DNA from: Candidatus Omnitrophota bacterium
GTDB lineage: Bacteria > Omnitrophota > Gorgyraeia > Pluralincolimonadales > Pluralincolimonadaceae
Assembly (NCBI GenBank): GCA_903889135.1
Contig: CAISWF010000170.1
Span: 1,638-65,637 of the forward strand
DNA length: 64,000 nt
Direction of reading: 5' to 3'
Shown: one piece after another, positions 1 through 7,721 of the stretch
Position numbering within the stretch: the first letter of the stretch is position 1
Layout of the letters: each line of letters begins with the position of its first letter
Made by a program: the position numbers and the translations under genes
Notes under the pieces: model-generated
Told to the model about the DNA's origin: nothing
Seen by the model: only the letters and a program-made list of their open reading frames with translations
Databases searched by the model: none

Positions 1-1196
1 AGAAAGCCGCCGCTAAAAAAAATAAGGTTGTCCTGGAGAGGCTGCTGAAAAACGGCCATTACAGGCTTTTGGTCGGCGGCGAACAGTATCTTATCACAGG
101 CGTCTGCTACCAGCCGGTACCTCCGGGGAATGACTATAACTACAACTGGTGGGGCGATTCGGCGAAACCGTGGCTGGTCGACGGACAGCTTATGAAAGAT
201 GCCGGCATAAATACGGTGCGGATCTATCAGCCGGGGGAGAACCCGAAAGAGGTCAAGCAGGTCATAAATGACCTTTTCCAGAAATTCGGCGTGCGCACGA
301 TCCTCGGCCACAACTTGGGGATATACGATGTTCCGCCCCCCAATTATGCCGATGAAAGTTACAGGCAGCTGCTGAAGGAGCAGGTGTTGAATACAGTAAA
401 GACCTATAAGGATGAACCCGGGATATTGATGTGGGTATTGGGCAACGAGAATGATTATAGTTTTGACGACTCGATAGCCGCCTGGGGATCTCCCGAGCTC
501 GATGCGATAGCCGATCCGAAAGATAGGGCGAACGCTAAAGCGAAGATATATTATTCTTTCGTAAATGACATCGCAAGGGAGATAAAAAAGACAGACCCGA
601 ACCATCCGGTCGCTATGGGAAACGGCGAAACCTTCTATCTTGAGATCGCAAAGCCGTTGACGCCTGATGTAGACATACTCGGGCTTATCTCTTACCGCGG
701 TATAAGTTTCGGCAATACCTGGGAACAGGCTGATAAGCGCCTCGGAAAGCCCATAGTGTTGATCGAGTTCGGTTGCGACAGGTTCAACGCCCTCACGAAG
801 AAGGAAGACGAGGACGACCAGGTCAAGTTCCTCGTATCCCAGTGGAAGGAGATACTCCGTAATACTTGCGGCATGACGGGCAAGGGGACCGTGCTGGGGG
901 GGTGTATATTCGAATGGAACGATGAATGGTGGAAACACGACCCGTCCAATCCCGCGGGCTGGTTTGTCCAGGACGAGGCTGCCGGCTGGGCGAACGGCTC
1001 CTATTATTTCGATATCGAGGCCGAAGGCCACATGAACATCAACGAGGAATGGTTCGGTATCATCGGGCAGAGACTAGAGAAAGATAACGGAGTAAACAAG
1101 AGGATACCCAAAAAAGCGTATTACGCGCTTAAAGAATTATGGTCGAAGGGCTGCTTGGCAGTGGAGCCGCCCAGGGTGGGCAAAAAACCTAACTGA
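1..1196 (+). CDS. Glycoside hydrolase, TIM-barrel (clan GH-A-like; GH5/GH2-type), 5'-truncated at the window edge
   Basis: The reading frame is open from nt 3 to the TGA at 1196 with no upstream stop, so the gene starts before the window. Motifs: NTVRIY, GNENDY (acid/base Glu in an NE context) and IFEWNDEWW (candidate nucleophile Glu). Confidence 0.55.
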   Translation, partial: KAAAKKNKVVLERLLKNGHYRLLVGGEQYLITGVCYQPVPPGNDYNYNWWGDSAKPWLVDGQLMKDAGINTVRIYQPGENPKEVKQVINDLFQKFGVRTILGHNLGIYDVPPPNYADESYRQLLKEQVLNTVKTYKDEPGILMWVLGNENDYSFDDSIAAWGSPELDAIADPKDRANAKAKIYYSFVNDIAREIKKTDPNHPVAMGNGETFYLEIAKPLTPDVDILGLISYRGISFGNTWEQADKRLGKPIVLIEFGCDRFNALTKKEDEDDQVKFLVSQWKEILRNTCGMTGKGTVLGGCIFEWNDEWWKHDPSNPAGWFVQDEAAGWANGSYYFDIEAEGHMNINEEWFGIIGQRLEKDNGVNKRIPKKAYYALKELWSKGCLAVEPPRVGKKPN

Positions 1197-1228
1197 TCCC
1201 TTAACGAAGTTAAGGGATAATTAGCTCC

Positions 1229-2398
1229 TCAATCCCTTATGTGGGCGTCCGCGTATTGCGCTATCATCTCCGCGACTTTGGTGGGCGGGATGACCGAGAA
1301 GTAATGGTCGACGATGCAATGCGCTATCTCGTGGGCGAGGACGTTGGCTGAGACCTTCTCCTCGCTGGTAAAGAGGGTGTTTATTTTAAAGACGTAATAA
1401 GCTATGAACTTGTTGTCCTGGTTGAAGATCTCCACGTATACCCTGTCCAGGTCATTTTGCCCCTTGTAGATCCTGACGTTCAGCCGCAGGTCCTTAGGCC
1501 TCATATCAAGTATCTCCTGCACCTTGAAGAATATCAGGTCGAATTTATAGGCTATCTCATCCTTCGTATCATTCCCCGCTCGCACCGGTTTTTCCGTGAG
1601 GCCGAAGTCTATCTTGTATGTGTCTATCTTGTCGTTTACCGCCGCGAGGTCGACGCCGTCCTTAAAAAATACGGTGCAATAGAGGCTGTTTACGCTCGTC
1701 CAGTCGCTGCCGTCCGAAAACCTGTCGTCCGAAACGACGGTCGCTGAGGCGGTCGACGCGGCGAAGAGCAGGAGGAACAAAAATACGGGGGATATCCTGA
1801 AATAAGAGAGATTGTTCTTCACCTGCCCGATCTTTTTTTCGATATCGTCCAGTTTCTTCCCTATCTCACCTCCGGGTGCGTCTTTCGACCGCAGCAGGGA
1901 CCTTATACCTTTGACCTCTTCCTCCAGTTCCTTTATTTTGGCCTGCGAAGAGGAGAGGGGATTTTTCATGTTCTTGACCATGCCGTTTATTATATCGCTC
2001 AGGTCTTTAAACTCGTCATGCTCCCTTAAATGCACTTCTACGGTCAGGTTGCCCTTGCCTATCTCCGTAACGTCCTTTTCCAGGCGGTAGATGGGCCCGT
2101 AGATACGGTGTGATATATAAAGGAGTACCGCTATGGTCGCGAGGCTTACGAGCACGATCGCTATTATGCCGCTTGAGGCCAGGACCGGCAATATGTAGTC
2201 GGCGGTGCTCTTTACGACCAGCCTTAGGCCCTCGAAACTCGTCGTTAAGGTCTTATTTGTGAAAAGGAGGGATATAAAGCTCATTATGAGGCATGCCAAT
2301 ATCAGGAGGAGGCAGAATTTAAGCATGAAACTCGCCTGGAATTTTTTCTTTATGAAGTAATTCCTTCTCCTGTTCCTCTGGTCGGGAGCGTTTGTCAT
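1229..2398 (-). CDS. Membrane protein with two TM helices, a HAMP-like linker and a coiled coil, continuous with a third hydrophobic segment and a C-terminal HEXXH (HEIAH) metalloprotease-like domain; it may be two genes
   Basis: The N-terminus RNRRRNYFIKKK is followed by two hydrophobic helices, then the HAMP-like stretch GPIYRLEKDVTEIGKGNLTVEVHLREHDEFKDLSDIINGM and the coiled coil KIKELEEEVKGIRSLL. An internal signal-peptide-like segment (MKNNLSYFRISPVFLFLLLFAASTASA if translation starts at the in-frame GTG) is followed by a roughly 170-aa domain containing AHEIAHCIVDHYF. Confidence 0.5.
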   Translation of the reverse strand: MTNAPDQRNRRRNYFIKKKFQASFMLKFCLLLILACLIMSFISLLFTNKTLTTSFEGLRLVVKSTADYILPVLASSGIIAIVLVSLATIAVLLYISHRIYGPIYRLEKDVTEIGKGNLTVEVHLREHDEFKDLSDIINGMVKNMKNPLSSSQAKIKELEEEVKGIRSLLRSKDAPGGEIGKKLDDIEKKIGQVKNNLSYFRISPVFLFLLLFAASTASATVVSDDRFSDGSDWTSVNSLYCTVFFKDGVDLAAVNDKIDTYKIDFGLTEKPVRAGNDTKDEIAYKFDLIFFKVQEILDMRPKDLRLNVRIYKGQNDLDRVYVEIFNQDNKFIAYYVFKINTLFTSEEKVSANVLAHEIAHCIVDHYFSVIPPTKVAEMIAQYADAHIRD

Positions 2399-2904
2399 TT
2401 TATGTCTATCTTCTTAAGCACTTCTCTGTTAATGTCGATCTTCGTGTTCTTCTCGAGGTCGGCGATCCACGCCTTGATCATCCCGCTCGCTTTCTGGTTG
2501 CGGTCTTTTTCCGTCTCCGGTATCGAGGAGAGGATCTCTTCGGATCTCTTCTCTAAGAGCGACCGCAGGAGGCTCTGTTCCCAGAACCGCTCGACCATCT
2601 TCATGAATTCCGGGTCCCTGTCCAGGCCCTGGCGCCGGGCTTCCAGGAGCAGGACTTTCTTCTCTATTATTTCGCTAAGGAGCCTTTCCCTGGGGATTTT
2701 GTTGCGGTATTCGGGAGGATAGAGCGATAATTCTGAGAGAAAATCCTCCTTATATAAGGAATAATCGCCGATAACCGCGACTACCTCTTTTTTAGGGCTT
2801 TTTTCAGCGCAGCCGGCCGCGAAAAATACGGAACTCGCGACAAGTATTAAGGATATAAAATATCTCACATTCGTTATTATAAGGGCTTTACTTCCTTTTT
2901 GCAA
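2395..2904 (-). CDS. Lipoprotein with a SurA-N/PpiD-like periplasmic chaperone domain
   Basis: A signal peptide ends in the lipobox AAGC. The region YKEDFLSELSLYPPEYRNKIPRERLLSEIIEKKVLLLEARRQGLDRDPEF resembles a SurA N-terminal domain. There is a 4-nt ATGA overlap with the downstream gene on the - strand, indicating an operon. Confidence 0.5.
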   Translation of the reverse strand: MQKGSKALIITNVRYFISLILVASSVFFAAGCAEKSPKKEVVAVIGDYSLYKEDFLSELSLYPPEYRNKIPRERLLSEIIEKKVLLLEARRQGLDRDPEFMKMVERFWEQSLLRSLLEKRSEEILSSIPETEKDRNQKASGMIKAWIADLEKNTKIDINREVLKKIDIK

Positions 2905-2921
2905 TATGTTAATTTAATACT

Positions 2922-3704
2922 ATGAAATTTCCAATTCTTTTGGTGCTTTTTCCCGTTCTCCTCTTCTCCGTGCCGGTTTACGCCGAGTATAACACCGTCA
3001 CGAACAGGGATGAGCCGGTCAATACGTCTACCGAGCAAGAGGTGGCCTTGGGCGATTCCATCGCCAAGCAGATCGAGAAGCAATATAAAGTCTCCGAAGA
3101 CAAGCATATGCAGGAGCGCGTGGAACTTATCGGCAACAGGCTGGCCAAGGTATGCGACCGCAAGGACCTCATCTATCATTTCAAGGTGCTGGATATCAAC
3201 GATATCAACGCCGTCTCCCTTCCCGGCGGATGGGTGTATATCTTCAAAGGGCTTATAACCAAGTGCAAGAACGACGATGAGCTGGCCGGGGTAATCGCCC
3301 ATGAAATCGGGCACATCTGCGCCCGGCATGCGATCAAACAACAACAGACCAGTTCTATAATGAACATCGCGATGATAGCCGCCGCGCTGGCCGGCGGCGG
3401 GCAAGGCGCCCAGGCGACCAGCCTCGCCCTGACATCCCTTATGGCGGCCTATTCGAGGGAAGATGAGTTCGAGGCGGACAGGCGGGCCGTCATTTACACT
3501 AAAAAGGCCGGTTACGACCCGTATGCCCTGGTAACTTTTATGCAGACCATGCACGAAGCCGAGAAGTTCCAGGTAAGGCCCTATTCGTATTTCAGGTCCC
3601 ATCCCTACGAAGGGGAGAGGATCGGCAATATCAACCGCCAGATAAACGGTACCATGGATTTCAAGGGTTGGATAAATAAGCCGCTCGACAGGGACAAGTG
3701 GTGA
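2922..3704 (+). CDS. M48 family zinc metalloprotease (BepA/YfgC/LoiP-like), secreted
   Basis: A signal peptide is present. The HEXXH motif is HEIGH, with the downstream EFEADRRA glutamate motif typical of peptidase M48. The gene is transcribed divergently from the lipoprotein/HAMP/HEXXH operon, with start codons only 17 nt apart. Confidence 0.85.
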   Translation: MKFPILLVLFPVLLFSVPVYAEYNTVTNRDEPVNTSTEQEVALGDSIAKQIEKQYKVSEDKHMQERVELIGNRLAKVCDRKDLIYHFKVLDINDINAVSLPGGWVYIFKGLITKCKNDDELAGVIAHEIGHICARHAIKQQQTSSIMNIAMIAAALAGGGQGAQATSLALTSLMAAYSREDEFEADRRAVIYTKKAGYDPYALVTFMQTMHEAEKFQVRPYSYFRSHPYEGERIGNINRQINGTMDFKGWINKPLDRDKW

Positions 3705-3725
3705 CCCCGCCGCCCGAAAAAGGCA

Positions 3726-3754
3726 TTGAAAAAGCCCTTTAATATTGATAAAAT
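3726..3754 (+). promoter_or_regulatory. Putative sigma70 promoter (TTGAAA, 17-nt spacer, TAAAAT) for the zinc-ribbon/thyX/ECF-sigma operon
   Basis: Hexamers at 3726-3731 and 3749-3754 have canonical spacing. A GGAGG RBS at 3764-3768 precedes the ATG at 3776. Confidence 0.35.
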
Positions 3755-3775
3755 CATCACATCGGAGGACATCCT

Positions 3776-3967
3776 ATGAAATGCGATACATGCGGACGCG
3801 ACGTGCCTGAGGTGAGAAGGGTGGTAGTCGCCCCGGGATACGACAGGGCGTTGGCCAAGCCGGTCTACAATTGCCCGGAATGTTACGATAAGAAAGAGAA
3901 GGCCAAGAAGTATAACGCCCCTGAAAACCCAAGTCCCGCCGGAAGTGCGGGGCAAGAGAAAAAATAG
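3776..3967 (+). CDS. Small zinc-ribbon protein (CxxC...CxxC)
   Basis: The 63-aa product reads MKCDTCGRD...YNCPECYDKKEK. A strong GGAGG RBS lies 7 nt upstream. It sits immediately upstream of thyX. Confidence 0.5.
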   Translation: MKCDTCGRDVPEVRRVVVAPGYDRALAKPVYNCPECYDKKEKAKKYNAPENPSPAGSAGQEKK

Positions 3968-3973
3968 CCTCTC

Positions 3974-4588
3974 ATGCCCAACAAAATAAACGTGCTGGAT
4001 AGCGGGTATGTCGCGCTCGTCGATTCAATGGGCGGGGACAAGGCGGTCATAGAAGGCGCCCGCCGTTGTTACATGAGCGAACCGCAGGGTGAGTCTGCGG
4101 ACTCAAAACTCATCCGCCATTTAATAGCTAAGGACCACGGTACGCCGTTCGAGCACGCCTATTTCAGGTTCGATGTCAAATGTCCGATATTCGTCGCGCG
4201 CCAGTGGATCCGCCACCGCATCGGCACGTATAATGAGATGTCGCTGCGCTATTGCCTGGCCAAAAGGGATTTCTATACGCCTGAAAACCTGTCAGGTGAG
4301 GCGCTGGAAATATACAAAAAGACCATCAACGGCGCGTTTGATGCCTATGAAGCGATCGTCGCTTCAGGCGTAAAGCGCGAACAGGCCCGCGGCGTCCTGC
4401 CCCTTTCCTTATATACTCTTTATTACTGGACCGTGAACGCACGGTCACTGATGAATTTCCTTAAGCTGCGCCTCGACAAGGCCGCGCAGCCGGAGATCCA
4501 GGAATACGCGAAAGCGCTCCTCGAGATATTCAGGGAGACGATGCCCGTGACCGCGAAGGCTTTCGAAGAAAAGGTGATGCCAAAGTAA
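3974..4588 (+). CDS. thyX: FAD-dependent thymidylate synthase ThyX
   Basis: The ThyX signature RHRX7S is present (WIRHRIGTYNEMSLRY), and the length of 204 aa is typical. Confidence 0.85.
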   Translation: MPNKINVLDSGYVALVDSMGGDKAVIEGARRCYMSEPQGESADSKLIRHLIAKDHGTPFEHAYFRFDVKCPIFVARQWIRHRIGTYNEMSLRYCLAKRDFYTPENLSGEALEIYKKTINGAFDAYEAIVASGVKREQARGVLPLSLYTLYYWTVNARSLMNFLKLRLDKAAQPEIQEYAKALLEIFRETMPVTAKAFEEKVMPK

Positions 4589-4592
4589 GTTA

Positions 4593-5231
4593 ATGGGATC
4601 CTCAGACCTGGCCAGCCCATCCCCGGAACAATTGATAGAAGGCTGCATAAAGAAGGATAAGCGTTCATGGGACATTTTCGTGGAACGCTACTCGAAAGTG
4701 GTATATTGGGCGATACGTGACAGGTTAAAAAGATTCGGTTATAATTTTGAAGACGAAGACATAAATGACATCCACCAGGATGTCTTTATCGCTTTATGGT
4801 CCGGCGATAAGCTCGCGCAGCTGAAGGAGAGGGATAAGGCCGCCGGATGGCTCGCGATGGTGGCCGGGAACGCTGCGATAGATTATTTCAGGAGGATGAA
4901 ACGGCAGTCCCCTCCTAATTCAATATCAATTTACCAGGAGATTTATAATAGCGGGGACGGCGAGGCGAGGACGCTCGAAGAGGTCCTGCCGTCCAAGGCC
5001 GCCGGGCCTGACATGGAAGCGCAATTGAACGATGCCCGTGAGATCCTGGAATCGGCCATCGAGAGTTTTAAGCCTAAGGAGAGGGCGGTCGTCAAACTCA
5101 ACCTCCTCCACGGGATGAAGCATGAAGAGATAGCGGATACGCTCAAAATCCCCGTAAATACCGTCTCTACGACGATAGCGCGGGCCAAGAAATACCTGAA
5201 AGAAAAGCTTGAAGGAAAGCGTCTATTATAG
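4593..5231 (+). CDS. ECF (sigma-24 family) RNA polymerase sigma factor
   Basis: Region 2 (DIHQDVFIALWSG) and region 4 HTH (EEIADTLKIPVNTVSTTIARAKKYL) of sigma-70 are recognisable. It starts 4 nt after the thyX stop. Confidence 0.85.
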   Translation: MGSSDLASPSPEQLIEGCIKKDKRSWDIFVERYSKVVYWAIRDRLKRFGYNFEDEDINDIHQDVFIALWSGDKLAQLKERDKAAGWLAMVAGNAAIDYFRRMKRQSPPNSISIYQEIYNSGDGEARTLEEVLPSKAAGPDMEAQLNDAREILESAIESFKPKERAVVKLNLLHGMKHEEIADTLKIPVNTVSTTIARAKKYLKEKLEGKRLL

Positions 5232-5232
5232 T

Positions 5233-5718
5233 ATGGAAAAGAACATGACGAAGTTACATGATGCGACAGCCGTAAGATGCCCGGACGAGGCCTCGCTGGC
5301 CGCCTTCCTCGGAGGAAAGCTCAGGGAGGCAGAGGCGCGAGCAATCGAAGAGCATATAGCCGGCTGCACCGTATGCCTCGAGAGCGTAAGGGCCGGTTAC
5401 CTGGGAGAGAAATTGCATAATGAAGGGGACCTGCCGGCATCGGATACGGAAATAATACGGAAGGCGAAAGGTATAGTGAAGATGGATTCCAGAAATAAGA
5501 ATATCCGGGCAAACCTGTGGCTGTTTGCGACAGTCGCGGCGTTCCTGTCGTCATTTGCCGCGCCGAAATATTTCGCGCAATTCCTGGTTGCGGCGCTGAT
5601 ACTCGGCCTTAAGTGGGTCTCAGAGAGCGAAAACGTACGTACCATCATATTAGCTCTTCGCCATAGTTCGCAGGAAACAGATAAAGGGGCCAAAGAAAAG
5701 ATCAACAACAGATTTTAA
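5233..5718 (+). CDS. Membrane anti-sigma factor with a zinc-binding ZAS motif (HxxxCxxC)
   Basis: EEHIAGCTVCLE matches the HxxxCxxC motif, and a single TM helix (LWLFATVAAFLSSFAAP) is present. It lies immediately after the ECF sigma gene. An alternative start at the ATG at 5209 would overlap the sigma gene. Confidence 0.65.
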   Translation: MEKNMTKLHDATAVRCPDEASLAAFLGGKLREAEARAIEEHIAGCTVCLESVRAGYLGEKLHNEGDLPASDTEIIRKAKGIVKMDSRNKNIRANLWLFATVAAFLSSFAAPKYFAQFLVAALILGLKWVSESENVRTIILALRHSSQETDKGAKEKINNRF

Positions 5719-6467
5719 TGAAAAGCCTCAATTTTTTTTCAGGCATGGCCTTGCTCTTAGCCACTGCATCGGTCCTTATCTGCGGGAATACGTCCGTTGC
5801 CGCGCAAAGTGTCCTGTCATTTTCCGGGCATGAGTGGAAGGTAAGGCCTTACGGGGCTTCGCGGCGCTCTCCCGGCCCTAATTATTATTCGGATAGCAGG
5901 GAAAATGCCTGGGTTGACGAAAAAGGGCAACTACATCTCAAGATCGTAAAAAAAGACGGCAACTGGTATTGCGTTGAGGTAGTCTGCGATAAGAGCCTCG
6001 GATACGGAACGTATACATTTTATTTGGCGAGCAGGGTAGATAGGATAAATGAGAATGCGATCCTGGGCCTGTTTACGTGGAGCGATTCTCCGGAATATGA
6101 CCATCGGGAGGTCGAGTTTGAATTTTCAAGGTGGGGCAATCCGTTAGACGATAACGCCCAATGCGTCGTCCAGCCCTACGAAGTCGAGGGGAACATGTCC
6201 AGGTTTAGTCTGGACATTAAGGGTGATTATTCTACGCATATTATTACCTGGAAAAAAGACTACATAAATTTTTTGAGTTTGCGCGGAGATAATCCTGTGC
6301 CGGCAGATGAAAAGGACAGGGTATTTTCCTGGAAATATACGGGTAGAGGCATTCCGGTCCCCGGCAACGAGAACGTAAGGATGAACCTTTGGTTATTTCA
6401 CGGGCAACCTCCGTCGGATGAAAAAGAAGTCGAAGTCATAATAAAGAGATTTGAATGGAGGCCATAA
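5718..6467 (+). CDS. Secreted concanavalin-like/GH16-like beta-jelly-roll protein (putative glucanase)
   Basis: A signal peptide is present. GQLHLKI, GYGTYTFYLA and EVEFEF resemble the GH16 strands and the ExDxxE catalytic motif, here with E-x-E-x-E. The start overlaps the anti-sigma stop. Confidence 0.45.
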   Translation: MKSLNFFSGMALLLATASVLICGNTSVAAQSVLSFSGHEWKVRPYGASRRSPGPNYYSDSRENAWVDEKGQLHLKIVKKDGNWYCVEVVCDKSLGYGTYTFYLASRVDRINENAILGLFTWSDSPEYDHREVEFEFSRWGNPLDDNAQCVVQPYEVEGNMSRFSLDIKGDYSTHIITWKKDYINFLSLRGDNPVPADEKDRVFSWKYTGRGIPVPGNENVRMNLWLFHGQPPSDEKEVEVIIKRFEWRP

Positions 6468-6503
6468 CAAAAATTTTGGGCTTATTACATAGGGATAAGA
6501 TAA

Positions 6504-7721
6504 ATGGCCGATAGTAACAGGAAAGCCGCTTTTCAATTAATTATCGTGTTCGGGCTGGTCAGCCTCTTCGGCGACATCGTCTATGAGGGCGCGCGCAGTG
6601 TGAATGGCCCGTATTTAAAGACATTGGGCGTCAGCGCGGCCGTAGTCGGGTTTATCGCCGGGCTTGGAGAGTTTATAGGTTACGCGATACGCCTCGTATC
6701 CGGTTATTTCGCCGATAAGACAAAGGCATACTGGGTCTTCACTTTCTTGGGGTACGGGATGCTCATCTCAGTCCCGCTGCTCTCTTTGACGGGCGTCTGG
6801 CAGGTCGCGGCCCTTTTTATAATAATGGAAAGGTTCGGGAAGGCGTTAAGGGCGCCGGCAAGGGACACGTTAGTCTCTCAGGCGTCCAAGCAGATAGGGA
6901 CGGGCCTGGGTTTCGCGATATCCGAGGTCATGGACCAGATCGGCGCTTTAACCGGCCCGCTTATCCTCAGCGGGCTCTTCCTGGTCATCGGCACGCACGG
7001 CAATGAGATAGCCAAATACCAGAAAGGTTACAGCCTCTTCTGGATACCGTTCATTCTCGTCATGGCTTGTGTCACGTTCGCTTTCATAAAGATCCCGAAT
7101 CCGGAAAAACTGGAGATGGCCGTAAAGAAAGCCCCGGAACCGGACAAATTATCAAAGACATTCTGGCTTTATACGGTTTTCACGTTTATTACGACGATGG
7201 GTTTCGTGAATTTCGCGCTCATAGGTTATCATTTCAAGGCGAAGAACGTCCTCTCCGATGCCCAGATACCGCTTTTCTACGCGGTCGCCATGGCTGTCGA
7301 CGGCATAGCCGCCTGGTTTATCGGCACCCATTACGACCGGCTCAAAAAGAGGAGCAACAACGAGAAGGCCGGGCTCGGCGCGCTGCTGATCATCCCGCTC
7401 TTTTCGATTTTTATACCGGTTTTCGCTTTTTCCCTTAATTTCACATTTGCCCTGATAAGCGCTATTATCTGGGGAGTAGTCATGGGAATACACGAGACGA
7501 TAATGAAATCCGCCATCGCCGATCTTACCCCGATGAAGAAGAGGGGGACGGGATACGGCATATTCAATACGGCTTACGGCCTCGCGATGTTCGTCGGAAG
7601 CGCGGCCATGGGATTGCTTTATGACCATTCCATTGCGGCGGTGATAGCGGTTGCGATCGCCTTGCAGATCTTCTCGATACCCGTTTTCTTTTTAATGAGG
7701 AAGGAAGCCTATGGAACCTGA
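6504..7721 (+). CDS. MFS transporter
   Basis: The 405-aa product has about 12 predicted hydrophobic helices and MFS-like loops (GxxxDKxKxY-like). Confidence 0.65.
   Translation: MADSNRKAAFQLIIVFGLVSLFGDIVYEGARSVNGPYLKTLGVSAAVVGFIAGLGEFIGYAIRLVSGYFADKTKAYWVFTFLGYGMLISVPLLSLTGVWQVAALFIIMERFGKALRAPARDTLVSQASKQIGTGLGFAISEVMDQIGALTGPLILSGLFLVIGTHGNEIAKYQKGYSLFWIPFILVMACVTFAFIKIPNPEKLEMAVKKAPEPDKLSKTFWLYTVFTFITTMGFVNFALIGYHFKAKNVLSDAQIPLFYAVAMAVDGIAAWFIGTHYDRLKKRSNNEKAGLGALLIIPLFSIFIPVFAFSLNFTFALISAIIWGVVMGIHETIMKSAIADLTPMKKRGTGYGIFNTAYGLAMFVGSAAMGLLYDHSIAAVIAVAIALQIFSIPVFFLMRKEAYGT

Noticed and set aside
3605-3955. A 116-aa minus-strand ORF overlapping the M48 3' end, the promoter region and the zinc-ribbon gene
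   Set aside because: It has no RBS or domain, and it overlaps a promoter-like region and two plus-strand genes.
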